Positions 25,471-39,256 of a stretch of DNA of 64,000 nucleotides are shown piece by piece (position 1 is the stretch's first letter; the number at the start of each line of letters is the position of its first letter). Location of the stretch: positions 148,490,001 to 148,554,000 of the forward strand of contig OZ024743.1 in assembly GCA_964016885.1 (NCBI GenBank), in the 5' to 3' direction. The position numbers were made by a program, and so were the translations under genes. Origin of the DNA: Eledone cirrhosa (Eukaryota). The notes under the pieces are model-generated. The model was given only the letters and a program-made list of their open reading frames with translations, was not told where the DNA came from and did no database searches.

Positions 25471-28400
25471 TCATCATCATCGTTTAACATCTATCTTCCA
25501 CGCTAGCAGGGGTTTAGATGGGAATTGTCCCACTTGAGGCAAGATTGGTTGTCTTGCTCGTGTAGGACTGTCTGGCAGGTTTTCTATGGCTGGATGCCCT
25601 TCCTAACACCAACCACGTTTATAGTGTGGACTGGGAGGTTTTTACCGCGTTACCCACACAACCACATTACAGCGTGAACTGTGTGTTTTATTTTGTCATG
25701 ACACCTACACGACCTCATTTATTTAGGACTTGATGTTGTGGTACCAACATAACTTTACATCGAAAGGGGTGGTGTAGATGGGGTGGGGGTAGGGGTAGTG
25801 GGACGGGGGTGTATTTTGGTTAACAGGTGCCTACTGACTCTAGGTTTCTCTTTGTACTTAGGCAAGGTGGGTCTTCTGTATTACTGCGTAGCGCCAAAGA
25901 TCTCGGTCCAGTGACATTGTCTTGGAGAGGTGTAAGTGTGTAATGTCAGAATTTATCAAGTCGTCCCAGGTTTTTCTGGGTCTGCCTACTCCGTGGCTAC
26001 CGTCTACTTTGATCGCCCTGCACTTGTTTATATAGCTGTCGTCTTTCATGCGCATCATGTGACCATACCAACGTAGTCTGCTCTCGAGTAAACAGCATCT
26101 GATCCCTCTTATTCCTAATTTCTCACTTAGTTCATTTATGCTTTGCCGTTCACGTATATTACTATTACACATCCAACAGAGCATGCAAGTTTCGTTCCTC
26201 TCCAGTCTGCATAGATCCTCTGCACACAATGCCCATGCCTCACTGCCATGTAACATTGCTGTTCGTATGCAGGCATCATACAGCCAGCCTTTCATTTTTA
26301 GAGAGAAACCTTTAGCAGCCAATATTGGTGTAAGCTCTCTGAACTTTTTCCATCCCTTTCTGAATCTAGCTACTGTACTTTCAGATCACCCTCCACCACT
26401 GCTGATTTTGTCACCCAGGTAACGGAAGGTGTCCACTAATTATATAGAACATTCTGGGCAATGGAATGAGCTAGTATCCTGTGGGCACTTGCTACTACTT
26501 ATTGCACCTGAGCACCGGCCACATTTAAAATCTATATTCTTAGTTAGCTTACCTGTGATCCCACTACATTATGCACCCATACTTTACATTTGGGACATAA
26601 AATGGAGTTTCTGCCTACTACTTTCCTACACACTGAGCATGGCCGTTTCCCAGAGGGGACCAGTGCCCTATATTCCTTCCTACATACTAGAATTTTTCTC
26701 TTAGACAAGTTAATTTTAAGGCCTTTTGATTCTAGGCCATGCTTCCATGTTTGGAATTTCTTCTCTAGTTCAGCCACTGATTCAGCTATGAGCGTTAGAT
26801 CATCTGTGTATAGAAGTTCCCATGGGCAGCCGGTCTTGAACACCTTTGTTATAGCCTGAAGGGCAATAATAAATAGGAGAGGGCTAAGGACAGAGCCCTG
26901 ATGAACACCAACTTTTACGCTAAACTCTTCACTATATTCATTGTTAATTCTAAACTTGCTGACTGTTTCTTTATACATGGCTTATATAGCTCTCACAAGC
27001 CATTCATCAACACCTAGTTTTCTGAGAGCCCACCAGATAATGGGGCGTGGGACTGTCAAAGGCTTTTTCCAAGTCAACAAAAGCTAAGTATAGGGGTTTA
27101 CTTTTAGCTATGTACTTCTCCTGTAGTTGTTGTACAAGGAAAACAGCGTCTGTGGTACTTTTACCTGACACCAAGCCGAACTGCATTTCATCTAGATCAA
27201 TTCGCTCCCTGATTAGTTGTGCTATTACTTTTTCTGTGATCTTCATGAGATGGTCAATTAATTTAATGCCTCTATAGTTTCCCCTATCTAGGGCATCTCC
27301 TTTACCCTTGTAGCAGTTAATGATGATGCTGCTACGCCAGTCCTTTGATACAACCCCATTCTGTATGACATGGTTTACTATCCGGGTGACCATAGTGTGT
27401 CCCACCATTTCAGATGCTTTCAGCATTTCAGCAACTATTTCCGAAGGCCCAGCCGCCTTGCCAGTCTTCATATCTTTGATTGCCTTACTTATTATACTAC
27501 CTTCAACTTGCACTGCTGGTCGCTCTATTGGATTGATGTGGGGGAGGCTGTCTTTCTCCCATTTATTCTCCTCATTTAGTAGCCTTTCGTAGTAACACTT
27601 CCAAGCTACCTTCTTATCAGTGTCAGTGATGGCAAGTACGCCATCATCATTAAGTACACACTTCTCCCCGACAATATCACGGTTTTCCTTGACACATTGC
27701 CTAGCAATCCTGAACACCTCACGTTTTTGGTCCTCGCGTTGTAGAACATGCTTGAACTTTCTTTCCTCTGCTTCCCTTCTTGCGAAGTACACTTGTCTCC
27801 TAGCTTCCCTCCTGGCCACTTGATAGTCTTCTCTACCTCCCCCATCCTGCCATACTTTCCAAGCCTGCTTTTTGGCCTTGATTGACTCCTCCACCTTACT
27901 GTTCCATAATCAAGTTACTCTCCTCCTGCCTATAGGTCTGCTCCAGCCACAGATTTCATCCGTTGCCTTCAGCAGGTTAGCTTTCAGGAATTCCCACTGT
28001 TCCTCTATATTGTATAACTCTACTTGCTCTTCCTTACTCTCAAAAGCATCAAGTAATATGCTTTTAAATTTATTACTGACTGTGGGGTCCTTTAACTTCC
28101 ATATTTTTCTCCTGAGGATAGTCCTCCTCTGTTGTCGAGTACGTCTCTTCCTGACTTTGAGGTCGCTAACTATGAGGCTATGTTGGGAGGTGCATTCTTC
28201 ATGGGGGAGGGATTTAGTGTTTACAACAGACACTCTGTCACGACTTCTGGTAGGGATATAATCTATCTGACTGGTATGTTCCCCTGATCTATAAGTGATC
28301 AAGTGATTGTCTCGTTTTTTGAAGTTTGTGTTACATATAGTTAGGTTATTTGCATCACAGAATTCCAGGATTCTGGAGCCTTCCTCATTTCTAGTACCCA

Positions 28401-29195
28401 ACCCATAGCCTCCATGGATTCCGTCATAGCCGTCACAATGTTGTCCAACGTGACCATTTAGGTCGCCAGCAATAATTATGTAGTCATTCTCGGTTATTTG
28501 GGAGGTAGTTACCATTAACGTCTCATATAATCTGTCTTTTATAACGCCAGGCAGTCCGGATTGGGGTGTGTACGCAGATATTACTGTCACAGTAGTTCTA
28601 TTTAGGACAAGTCTTATTTTAATTATTCTGTCGTTCACTCTATTTACGTCTATTAACTTATCTACCCATTTTTCTGCTAGCATGTCCCCTACTCCACCCA
28701 GGCCATTATAATTTCCCACCCAGAAAAGTTTATAGCATCGTTTTTACCCACAATGAATCTAGCAGACCCACAGCAAACATCAACTTCCTTACATTAAAGC
28801 ATCCACACAACCTCGTTAGAGCGACCTTTTAAGGTGCCTACATTCATGGTACCAACTCTGAAGTTTTGGATTGCGTTTGGTGCGTGAGAAGTGTCGGGCG
28901 CAGGGAGGGGATAGGGAGATGGGGTTATGTTAGCCATCCGCGGCCGAAATAAAGTGGAGGAGTACTTGCATTCTCGTCCGGCAGCATGAGGTGAATTTGT
29001 CTTTATCTTTGGCATTGTCATTGAGTGTCCAGATTTTTCAGACTCTCCAGAATTCCGTAGTCCATCCATCATATCGAAAGGCAACCAGGTCTAAACTTAA
29101 GAAGTGATATCATAGGCCGCGCTGACTTATGATTGGTCCAAATAATAATGGTGGCGAGTGAGGGGGGATCTGGGGTAGTTAGCGAGAACGTTATT
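25471..29195 (-). mobile_element. Near-full-length RTE LINE, disrupted (APE endonuclease, RT, PHD-like finger, (GAT)n tail)
   Basis: ORF pieces 28794-29084, 27910-28719 (AGDLNGH, SQIDYI), 27007-27894, 26544-26978 (HQGSVLSP, YTDD) and 25858-26322 (LRWYGH, GRPRKTW). Confidence 0.95.
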
Positions 29196-29605
29196 TTATG
29201 AAATAAAATCCTGGAAATTACGGCCATAATTAAACGAGCATCTAACAGTAATAAGAGTAAGAGTTTAAATATAAGTAGAAGATCGTTTTCGGGGTCTGAC
29301 AGAATTATGAAATTTTAAAATACAAGAGATTATTTTGAACAATCAGACAGAATTATCGAATAGCATTGAAGAAGAAAAGATTGGATTCTGGACGAAAAGA
29401 TACAGATAGATGAATGGACCGGGAATACAGATAGATGTATGGACGAGAAAAAAATAGGATTTGTACATTACATTTCACAGAACAGCGAATGAGCGATGTA
29501 GCCAAGAATAAGGGATTGACAAATTCTGAGTTTCGTAGCTCGCAACACAGGTTTATTTATAAATCCTAGAATTTCGGCCATAATTAAACAAGCGAGAAGG
29601 TTATT

Positions 29606-29690
<85 letters not shown>

Positions 29691-29702
29691 ATATATATGG
29701 AT

Positions 29703-30316
29703 ATGTCAGGTCACCAGTTGGTGCTACTGGTAACATGTATCCCAGTACAACCTGTCTCATGGTCTGGTCGTTGGCGACTAAACTGGAAACCCCACCAAGG
29801 TTTCTTGGTGAGGAGGGTGACTTTGGACATGCATCCTGCAGGACTAAAAACAAAACCTGTCAAAGGGCAAAGGAGCTCTTAAGAGTCAATGGCCATCCAA
29901 AATCACTGGGAGAGATGACCCCTTAGCCTTTGTCAAGGCAGAATGGTAGGAGAAGGAAAACTCTGATATAACACCTGCAACCCTGATGGTATCCAATGAT
30001 GTTGACTTGTTCCTCTTTTTGGTAAATATCATCTTGGTTAAGAGAGGGGGACTGGCTTTGTGCAGTGCCTTTGCTCACTATAAAAGCTTCACGGCACAGG
30101 CATTGCTTTATATCTGGAGATCTTTCTGCACTTGTCGTCGAATGGCATCATGGGCCCAGCACTATGTGTCAATAATGGTCACAAGTGTAGTGTTTGAACC
30201 AGAGTTTTCAAGTCGCTGGCTGAACTAAAAAGTCACACTCGTTCAGTGCATCGGTAGGGGTTCTCCTACATGGATATAAAGTAGTGGCCGTACTCGAAAA
30301 CGAGTTGGCAGCCACC
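29703..30316 (+). mobile_element. Apparently complete ~615-bp non-autonomous element with RTE-5'UTR-like sequence
   Basis: Flanked by (TA)n on both sides. Carries the GGAGAAGGAAAACTCTGAT motif; other copies at 1-316, 5975-6395, 6434-6617 and 57285-57510. Confidence 0.7.
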
Positions 30317-30344
30317 ATATATATATATATATATGTATGTGTAT

Positions 30345-30420
<76 letters not shown>

Positions 30421-30426
<6 letters not shown>

Positions 30427-30966
30427 GGAAAAAATGAAACGGCTGTTACTTAAATATAAGTATGTACACGTACATACATATATGTATACAGACGTAAAGT
30501 AGTGTGTATATATATATACATACATGCACACATATATATATGTACGTATGGATTCACCGAACATTTATTATAATGCTCGGTGTGTTTGTAAACAAACATC
30601 CCGTATTAAGCCGTAGTGCCGAGCAGCCATCGTTGCTCGTTTGTTCAACACTGACAAAGGAACGTTGTACTAGTTTCAAGCTTATTAGCTATCGTCAGCA
30701 ACGTATACCTTCCTGCCAGATTGTTGAACGTATAAACTTACCTTATGCATATTAACGGCTGAGTAGCTCAATTTGCATATCGAGTGGGTTAATCGCCGGG
30801 TGCACCGAAAACGATAAACGGAAAAAATGAAACGAAATTTCCTTTTCCACTCTTGGTACGGCTGTTACTTAAATATAAGTATGTACACGTACATACTTAT
30901 ATGTATACAGACGTAAAGTAGTACGTATATATATATATATACATACATGCACACATATATATATGT
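30421..30966 (-). mobile_element. ~420-nt HHR repeat family, copy Z (about 1.3 monomers)
   Basis: GGCTGTTACTTAAATATAAG at 30441 and 30860. Colinear with 7709-8178. Confidence 0.85.
30662..30704 (-). ncRNA. Minimal type I hammerhead ribozyme
   Basis: ACGTTG-CTGACGA-T-AGCT(AATA)AGCT-T-GAAA-CTAG-TA-CAACGT. 6-bp stem I, ACTAGT stem III, GUA cleavage triplet. Confidence 0.85.
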
Positions 30967-32138
30967 ACTGAGGCCCTGGAAATACTCCTGGAAACAAAAA
31001 ATCTGGGGCAATTTCGGCTTGTAAACATAAATTGCACAAAACATTCCTGTATTACAGCCCCACATTATACCCTAACGGATAGTACGAACTATACGCGGAT
31101 ATTTTACGTCTTGATGTGGTAGCTAAGTATATGTTATGTTTATACCATTACTTATTTGTATAGGTAAGTATATATTACCTGTATGTTTTGTGTTAGTACG
31201 TATACTTTCTCGTACGTATATTTGATTGTATATGTTATGGCCTATATATGATATATTCTATTACATATGTTTTGGTTATGTGTATACTGGAGTTTTGCGT
31301 CTGTATGTGCATGCGGGTTCGTAAGTATGTAGGGTGTGTGTATATGTGTACTTTGTGTTTTCGTTGACGTACGTCTCCGAACATATGTGTATTTACATGT
31401 AGGTATGTGTGTGCGCTTGTTACATACGTATTTATTTATTCATATACGTTTATTTAATTATATGTATACACGCACACACACACATACACATATATATATA
31501 TATTTTTATATATACTTGTATGTGTATTTGGTGTATACATACGTATGCGTGCGGGTACAGGCGTTGCGTGGGTTCTGTATGTGTGTGCGAGGTTGTTTTT
31601 TTTTTGGGGGGGGGGGGTTAGTGTAGGTGCGTGTATTTGTATACCTATGGCGAGAGTTTTCGCGTATGTTGTGAATGTACGTATATGGATGCGCGAATGC
31701 ATTTATTTAATTTTAATTACCTCTGTAATTAATTTACTTTATTATTAACTCTGAAGCCGAGAATCATTTGGTTTCCTAGTTAGTATTTTAGTCTACGACT
31801 TCAGTTATACCATTTTCGTGGTTTTGTCTTTTCGTGCAATTGTTCTCCACGCGCCACATATGACGTATTATCCTTTTTTTTTCCGTTCATTGCCAGAGAA
31901 CGTCTCTATGAACCACCTAAGAGAACATTAGTCTACGACTTCTTTTATAACTCACTTAAAAGTGAGTTACAAACGAAACGAAATTTAATTTCGTTTCGTT
32001 ATTTGTTTTTATCGTCTCCGTTGAACCGGTACGTACTCACACTCTATGCAAATTAGTCTGCCCACTACTAATTTTCATAGAAAAAGCATATAACGATATG
32101 TGCTTTTACGATTCTCCAGAAGGGCCGGTAGATAGGTA

Positions 32139-32183
32139 AATATTGCTGATGAGTTGTAACAACAACGAAACTAGTTCAATATT
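32139..32183 (+). ncRNA. Minimal type I hammerhead ribozyme in a ~440-nt element (~31960-32400)
   Basis: AATATTG-CTGATGA-GTTGT(AACA)ACAAC-GAAA-CTAG-TT-CAATATT. All stems are perfect, with extended CCAGAAGG/CTTTCTGG pairing. Confidence 0.9.
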
Positions 32184-32398
32184 CCTTGTCTGGCTTTCTG
32201 GGGAATAGAGGAAAGGTGTTTCCTCAAAAACCAGTATGACTCTAAAAACCGGTTTGTCTGTGTGTTTACATACAGAATAGCTGGATACTCACAGTAAAGT
32301 AACCAGTGAAAGACTTGGTACATCTACATATGTATACGTGTGTGTATTCATATGCATACTAGTATTTCAGTATACATACATGGGTGTACATTTTTAAC

Positions 32399-32506
<108 letters not shown>

Positions 32507-32732
32507 ACACGGGTGTGTATGATTGTGTATAAAAGATTATATTAATAAGAGGAATTCCAACTTTGTCTGATTTACTCGTTTTATTTACAATCCTTTAAAG
32601 TTTATAATGGTATTATAATGAAATAGTATGATAGAATATTAAATGTTAAGTGTTAATTGAACAAGTACTTTCATGCTTTCGCAATCTTCAGGTTCTTAAT
32701 GTGTGGTGACAGTCAAGTTTGCAATTTTCAAC

Positions 32733-32785
32733 TGTATATATATATGTATATATATGTATATGTATATATATACATATATGTATAC

Positions 32786-32875
<90 letters not shown>

Positions 32876-33127
32876 ATATGTATATGTATATATTTATATA
32901 TATGTATATATATATGTTTATGTATATATATATATTTATATGTATATATATATACATATATATATATATGTATATATATATATGTATGTATATATATATG
33001 TATGTATGTATATATATATATGTATGTATATATATATGTATGTATATATATATGTATATATAAGTATATATATATATGTATATATATGTATGTATATATA
33101 TTATATGTATGCATATATATATATATG

Positions 33128-33189
<62 letters not shown>

Positions 33190-33277
33190 CACATATACAC
33201 ATATATATATATGTATATACACATATATACATATATATATGTATCTATATATATATATATATATACATATATATATG

Positions 33278-33316
<39 letters not shown>

Positions 33317-33319
33317 ATA

Positions 33320-33397
<78 letters not shown>
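32733..33397. repeat. (TA)n/(TATG)n microsatellite
   Basis: Direct inspection. Confidence 0.97.
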
Positions 33398-33400
<3 letters not shown>

Positions 33401-34017
33401 GAGTAGGACCCCGACAGCTGTGCTCAAGCCGTTTCGACGCCTAATTCTGGACCAGAATTAGCCGTCGAAAAGGCTTGAGCTCAGCCGTCGGGGTCTTACT
33501 CGTTCCTATTACCCACTCTACTACCCTAAGTATTGAGTACTTTGGTGCGTTATGGTCCACCTGGTTCCTTACCACATTTCCTTCGTTATATATATATATA
33601 TTCTTATACTTTATGGGGGTCATGTTGCCATAAGAAACACACGCACCAGTTTCTTTCACTTCAATTTATTATAATAAATTCATAAATTTAGGAATTTATA
33701 AATTTCCGGTTGGTTGGTTCCACAACCAGATGATTGTTTATATATTGTCAAAGTTCTTTCGTCACACATGCTGTGACCTCTTCAGTGACTGGGGATTCTT
33801 TTCTTTGTTTTTGTGTCTCTCCTTTGTTCTGTCCTACGCCATCTTGTTTTTGTGTGTGTTTTGTGCTTAGTTTGCGCATGTGTTACATCCGGGTGTCCGT
33901 GTGTGGTTATATTTGTTTATTTATTTGTTTATTTACATGTTACTGGTTGGTTGTTTGTTCTATGTGAGTGTGTGTTTGTTTTCAGATAAAGAATCTTGCT
34001 AAACAAATTCAGAAACG

Positions 34018-34022
<5 letters not shown>
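33398..34022 (-). mobile_element. PLE pseudo-LTR-like element with a terminal inverted duplication (33398-33505)
   Basis: 33453-33590 is the reverse complement of 39100-39236. 33600-33905 matches 9750-10060. Palindrome centred at TCTGGACCAGA. Confidence 0.75.
33747..33789 (-). ncRNA. Minimal type I HHR with one extra nucleotide after A9
   Basis: GTCA-CTGAAGA-G-GTCAC(AGCATGT)GTGAC-GAAA-G(AA)C-TT-TGAC. Confidence 0.78.
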
Positions 34023-34114
<92 letters not shown>

Positions 34115-34906
34115 TCCATAGACAATCATTAAGATTTTGTGTTATGTAGTGTTATATAAATTCTATGAAAACACATCAATGCTAGAATTAAAATTAATAA
34201 CTTCTCAAGTACTATATTAGAGTACAATTAAGACAAACAGCTTTAATAGTCAAAACAAATTCGTCAAAATATACAGTAAACATTTTCTTTCTCTTATTTC
34301 ATTGTTTTGTTTCATTTTCCATTTCTTTTTTATTTCATCATTTATTTTCTTTTGAGTTAATCATCAACATAAATTTAGTTTCAATCTCTGTATGTAATTA
34401 ATTGTTCTTTGAGGAAGCGGATGAAAATGAAGATTGTAAAAATTCAAATAAATATAATTTTCTCTCTGATGAATGTTATTTCTAAAAATCTATTTAATTC
34501 TTGATGTTGAAAGGAAATAAAAGGAAATATATTTTCAGATAAGATAAGGTAGAAGAATACTCACTCTATTATTTTATTTAATTTACTAGATGTCATAAAC
34601 TATCGTTTTGTTATAAGGAGATATAATGAGATGAAATAATGCATATGTGGAGTAGAATAGTAATGCTCTACAAGGAGGATTAGATGTTGGTGACTATTTA
34701 AACTGAGTCACAGAGACATTCATGAACATACACTTATATGTGCGCACTTACATATGTATGTGCAGATGTTCACATACATTTTAATGGACATATATGGACA
34801 TGTATACAAACACTCATAAATAACTATATTCACATATACATATATATTACTATCGTATGAAAATTATCAATATCAGTATCATTATCATAGTTCCTGATTT
34901 TTTCCT

Positions 34907-35005
<99 letters not shown>

Positions 35006-35289
35006 TGATATATATATATATACTTATGATAAAATCCATGATCATGTAACACCCATCTTTTGATAGATTTGATTGAAAAGGATAATTGTATATTTTCCAC
35101 TCTGTCTCTCTTCCACACACAGTGTTGACAAGCCATCCGGCTTCTAGATTGTCAGTTGTTTAACAAATGCTATCTGTATTTCCCTTCATATGTATCTTTC
35201 TTTGGTTGATTAATATGATAATACACGTCTACCTATTTGTCTAGCTATCTCTCTATCTACCTGATTGACAATAGAGAGTTCAATAGAGA

Positions 35290-36531
35290 GTTCGGCTTGT
35301 AAACATAAATTGCACAAACTTTCCTGTATTACAGCCCCACATTATACCCTAACGGATAGTACAATCTATACGTGGATATTTTACGTCTTAATGTAAGTTG
35401 TGATGTTGCTATTCCATTCATGATTTCTATTTAATTTTGGTTGGAGTTCATATATGTTTATTGCCTCTGTGATTTATCTAAACATTGCGTCTTTTCTGTG
35501 TGTAGATTTTATTTTTATTTCTATGTTCTCTAATTTGCCCTTATGATCTATTTTAGCATGTTGGTGGAGTACTGATGATTCTTTACTATCTTGAAACTCT
35601 CGCCAGTGTTCATTAATCGTTGTCCTATACTACGGGCTCTCTCACCTATGTACACTATATTCTTATCTTTACATTGTCCCTCAGTACATCTTATGCTATA
35701 TACTATGTTTCTAGTTTTGCAGTTAATATGGGGGCTTAGTTTACAGATTATGCATTTCTTTTCTATACAGGGAGGTCTTTGAAAAGGCTATGTATTACTA
35801 ATAAGTGTTTTTATGGAGGTACCTGTTCTTTCCACTGTCTTAATATTTAGTTTAAGTTTATCTAGAGCCCTTCTAAATTTGTAAACTAGTTCACCTCTAG
35901 GGGTTGTATTGATGAACATTACACTCTGGTATTTATTGCTATCATACCATGAGTTTATTCTATTAACCTTATTCCTAGTTCTTTCTATTCTATACCAAAA
36001 TTTGCTCCTATACAAGGGGCAGATCCCATTTGTATCATTATTTACCATTTTTTCCCATTTGGTTCTGGCTCCTCTATACACTCTGATTTTATCTCTCTAA
36101 TTGTAACCAGAGAACTGCATACGGTGGATGAAGTGTTGTATGTGTCTCTCTAGTTCTTCGGGGTTGCACATGTGGGACACGTTTCTCATCACCAGTCCCA
36201 AATCCGCAATCAATATGTTGATTTTGGTGTGATCCGAAACAGCTGAGTTGCGGAGGATCAGGTATTTGGAAGTCATGGGTTTGGCATAATGGGAATGGAG
36301 GATTTGTTTTTTGTTATTAATGGCTTCTATCCAGAGCACTGTGTCTAGTACAGGTAATTGATGGTTGGGGTGTCTGCTTGGGTAGTCTATAGTAACTCTA
36401 ATACTCTGGTGGATGGAGTTAGCTATTTGCTGGATGCTTTCCATGGTGTTTTTCTCTAATTCCTGACTGTTATCTAGTGGGGGTGTTTTTACAACAATGT
36501 TTATATCATCAACAGAGCGAGAGTACATCAT
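35290..36531 (-). pseudogene. Penelope-like RT/GIY-YIG fragment, disrupted
   Basis: YSRSVDDI, LPVLD, YAKP, and CKTRNIVYSIRC..YIGE. In-frame stops; paralogous to 37101-38551. 35291-35395 also matches 31013-31118. Confidence 0.88.
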
Positions 36532-36802
36532 GAACTAAAGAAAATGATTGCACATGCGGTGGGGGCCAGTATAAAACTAACACTTAAGGAACATATGTTT
36601 AAATTTAATGGAAATACATAGAGGAGGGAGCAGCCATTGGTGTTAGCATTGCAGGTGACATAGCTAACCTATTCATGGTATCGTGGGACAATAAACTTAA
36701 AGAATAATTAGAAGACAGCAACCTCTTAACACTGATAATGTACGCTCGCTACGTTGATGATATAAATATCGTAGTAAAAACACCCCCACTAGAGAACAGT
36801 TA
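36532..36802 (+). pseudogene. Penelope-like RT fragment in opposite orientation
   Basis: EGAAIGVSIAGDIANLFM..YARYVDDINIVVKTPPLENS*. Confidence 0.85.
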
Positions 36803-36811
36803 GGAAAGAAC

Positions 36812-37032
36812 TTTTACAGTATATGAACAACCGTCCGGTTGTGTAACCAACCAACCCACCGGAAATTTAAAAATTCCTTAAATTTATTAATTTAATTTAT
36901 AATAAATTGGAGTGAAAGCAAGTGGTGCCTGTGATTCTTATTGGCAACATGACCCTCCCAAAGTATAAAAATATCGGTTTCAACACACGTTTTCAGATAA
37001 AGAATCTTGCTAAACAAATTCAGAAACGAAAT
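36812..37032 (+). mobile_element. PLE pseudo-LTR-like segment
   Basis: Reverse complement of 9685-9905. Confidence 0.75.
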
Positions 37033-37039
37033 ATATATA

Positions 37040-38551
37040 TGACCTTAGATGTTTCTGCCCTAGTAGACCTATAAGAGGTAGACCCCCCACCATAACCTCA
37101 ATGGCTAAAAAGACTCCCATAGGAAGGTGGATTGGGTGGACCAAAGCTATACGGACCCCCCAAAACACTGATCAGGTAAGAAAAATGGTCGCACATGCAA
37201 TAGGGGCTAGTATCAAAACTACCCTAAAGGGCCACATATTTAAGTTCAATGAGAAAATCTACACCCAAAATGAGGGAGCAGCCATCGGCGTCAGCATAGC
37301 TGGTGATGTTGCCAACCTTTTCATGGTATGGTGGGAAAGGAGACTTAAAGATCTCCTTAATGAAAGCTCCATAGACCTCATCATGTACTCTCGTTATGTA
37401 GACGATATCAATATAGCTATAAGAACACCCCCACTAGAGAGCACTAACAAGTTTGATTTAGAACGTAGCACGATGGAAAGCATCCAGCAGATAGCTAATT
37501 CCATACACCAGAGTATAACTGTAACTATAGACTTCCCTTCCAAACACCCTAACAATAGACTACCTGTATTAGACACAGAACTCTGGATTAACACTATAGA
37601 CGAGAGAGCCCAAATTCTCCACTCACACTATGCTAAACCCATGGCCTCCAAATACCTGATACTCAAAAACTCAGCAATGTCCAGTAGTGCTAAGTTTAAT
37701 ATTCTGATCGCAGATTTGGTACGAGTGATGAAGAATGTGTCCAGCATGTGCGACCCAACAGAAATGGAAGGACACATCCAACACTTCATCAACCGCATGC
37801 AGTTCTCTGGCTACAACCAAAGAGACAGAGTCAGAGTATACGAAGGAGCCATGGAAAAGTATAAGACCCTCATAGAACTGGACATGAAAGGAATTTGCCC
37901 ACTATACAGGAGCAAATCATGGAATAGCTTAGATAGGGCTAGACATAAGATAGGGAAGGCCACATCATGGTACGACAACCAGAGATATCAGAGTGTCATG
38001 TTTGTGGACGCCACCCCTGGAGGGAAATTAGCTAACCAGTGTAGAAAGGCCCTGAGAAAGACCCACTTAAAAATAAAGGTGGTAGAAAAGCCAGGAACCA
38101 CCATAAAATCCCTGATCAGCAAAACCTACCCTTTTAAGAAAACCCACTGTACCAATAGGAAATGTATCATATGTAAGGTGAACCCCCGGATAAACTGTAA
38201 AACTAGAAACGTAGTCTATAGCATAAGATGTACAGAGGGTACTTGCAGAAACACGACAACAACATACATAGGTGAGACAGCTCGTAGCATAGGTGAAAGG
38301 ATAGACCAACACTGGGGGAACTAAAAGGACGAAAAAACGGGTCAGTACTATACGAACATGCTAGACAACAACATGACGGTAACATAGACAACATAGAAAT
38401 TAGAATAATATCTAAACATAGGAATGACCCAGCAGATAGGCAAATCAGAGAGGCCAGTGAAATAGAAATTAGAAGACCAAAGCTAAACAGAAAGAATGAG
38501 TGGAACAACAACAACACCCAAACAAACAACACTGACCTAAGAGAAGTATAA
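37040..38551 (+). pseudogene. 5'-truncated Penelope-like ORF (RT plus GIY-YIG) with one frameshift in the G-run at ~38314-38318
   Basis: FKFNEKIYTQNEGAAIG, YSRYVDDI, LPVLD, CTNRKCIIC, VVYSIRC..YIGETARS. The shifted frame continues ELKGRKNGSVLYEH..RQIREASEI..LNRKNEW to a TAA at 38549-38551. Confidence 0.92.
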
Positions 38552-39240
38552 ATAAATAAGTAAATTAAATAAAATAAAATAAGATAAATAAATACATACA
38601 CAAGCACATAAACGCACACTAGTCACCCAGCAGACACAACACTATACACACTAGTCACACATCACACATAACACTATACACACACGCAAACGCATGCGCA
38701 AAGAAGACAAAATAAAATAAGATAAACAAACAAGCAAATAAATAAATAAATATATAGACAGACTGAACAAAAAAAAATGGCGTAGACATACAACACAACA
38801 GGAGGAACAATGAATATAACACCACTGACGATGTTGCAGATGTGCAACGAAAGATTTATGTAAATTATGTAAACTATATATATATATGTGTTTGTCTATA
38901 TTGTATCTGTATTATTTTTGACCGCCGGTCAGTCAATGGCAACATTGAGGACCGAGTAAGTTAGATCGCAGATATATATATATAAAAGACAGCGAGAAGC
39001 GAAAACCAACCAAACAGTGAGTGTGTTCTGTTATTAATTCTGGCAATATTACGCAAATATGACCCTCCCCAAATATAACAATATATATATTTATATATAT
39101 AACAAAGGAATTGTGGTAAGGAACCAGATGGACAATAACGCACCAAAGTACACAATACTTAGGGTAGTAGAGTGGGTAATAGGAAAAGGTATGACCCCGA
39201 CGGCAGAGCTCAAGCCATTTTGACGGCTATTTCTGGACTC
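38552..39240 (+). mobile_element. PLE 3'UTR / pseudo-LTR
   Basis: Follows the ORF, contains an HHR, and has segments repeated at 1548-2320, 5880-5938 and 33398-33590. Confidence 0.7.
38821..38862 (+). ncRNA. Minimal HHR in the PLE pseudo-LTR, with an extra U after A9
   Basis: CA-CTGACGA-T-GTTGCA(GATG)TGCAAC-GAAA-G(AT)T-TA-TG. Stem I is weak. Confidence 0.7.
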
Positions 39241-39256
39241 ATGTATATATATATAT

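Noticed and set aside
29180-29606. Direct repeat AAATCCT.GAA.TT.CGGCCATAATTAAAC ~355 bp apart, upstream of the RTE
   Set aside because: The repeat is real, but there is no ribozyme, ORF or second copy to interpret it.
30995-31075. GGCT-GTAA/TTAC-AAGCC-GAAA hairpin on the minus strand in PLE 3' sequence
   Set aside because: No recognisable CUGANGA upstream.
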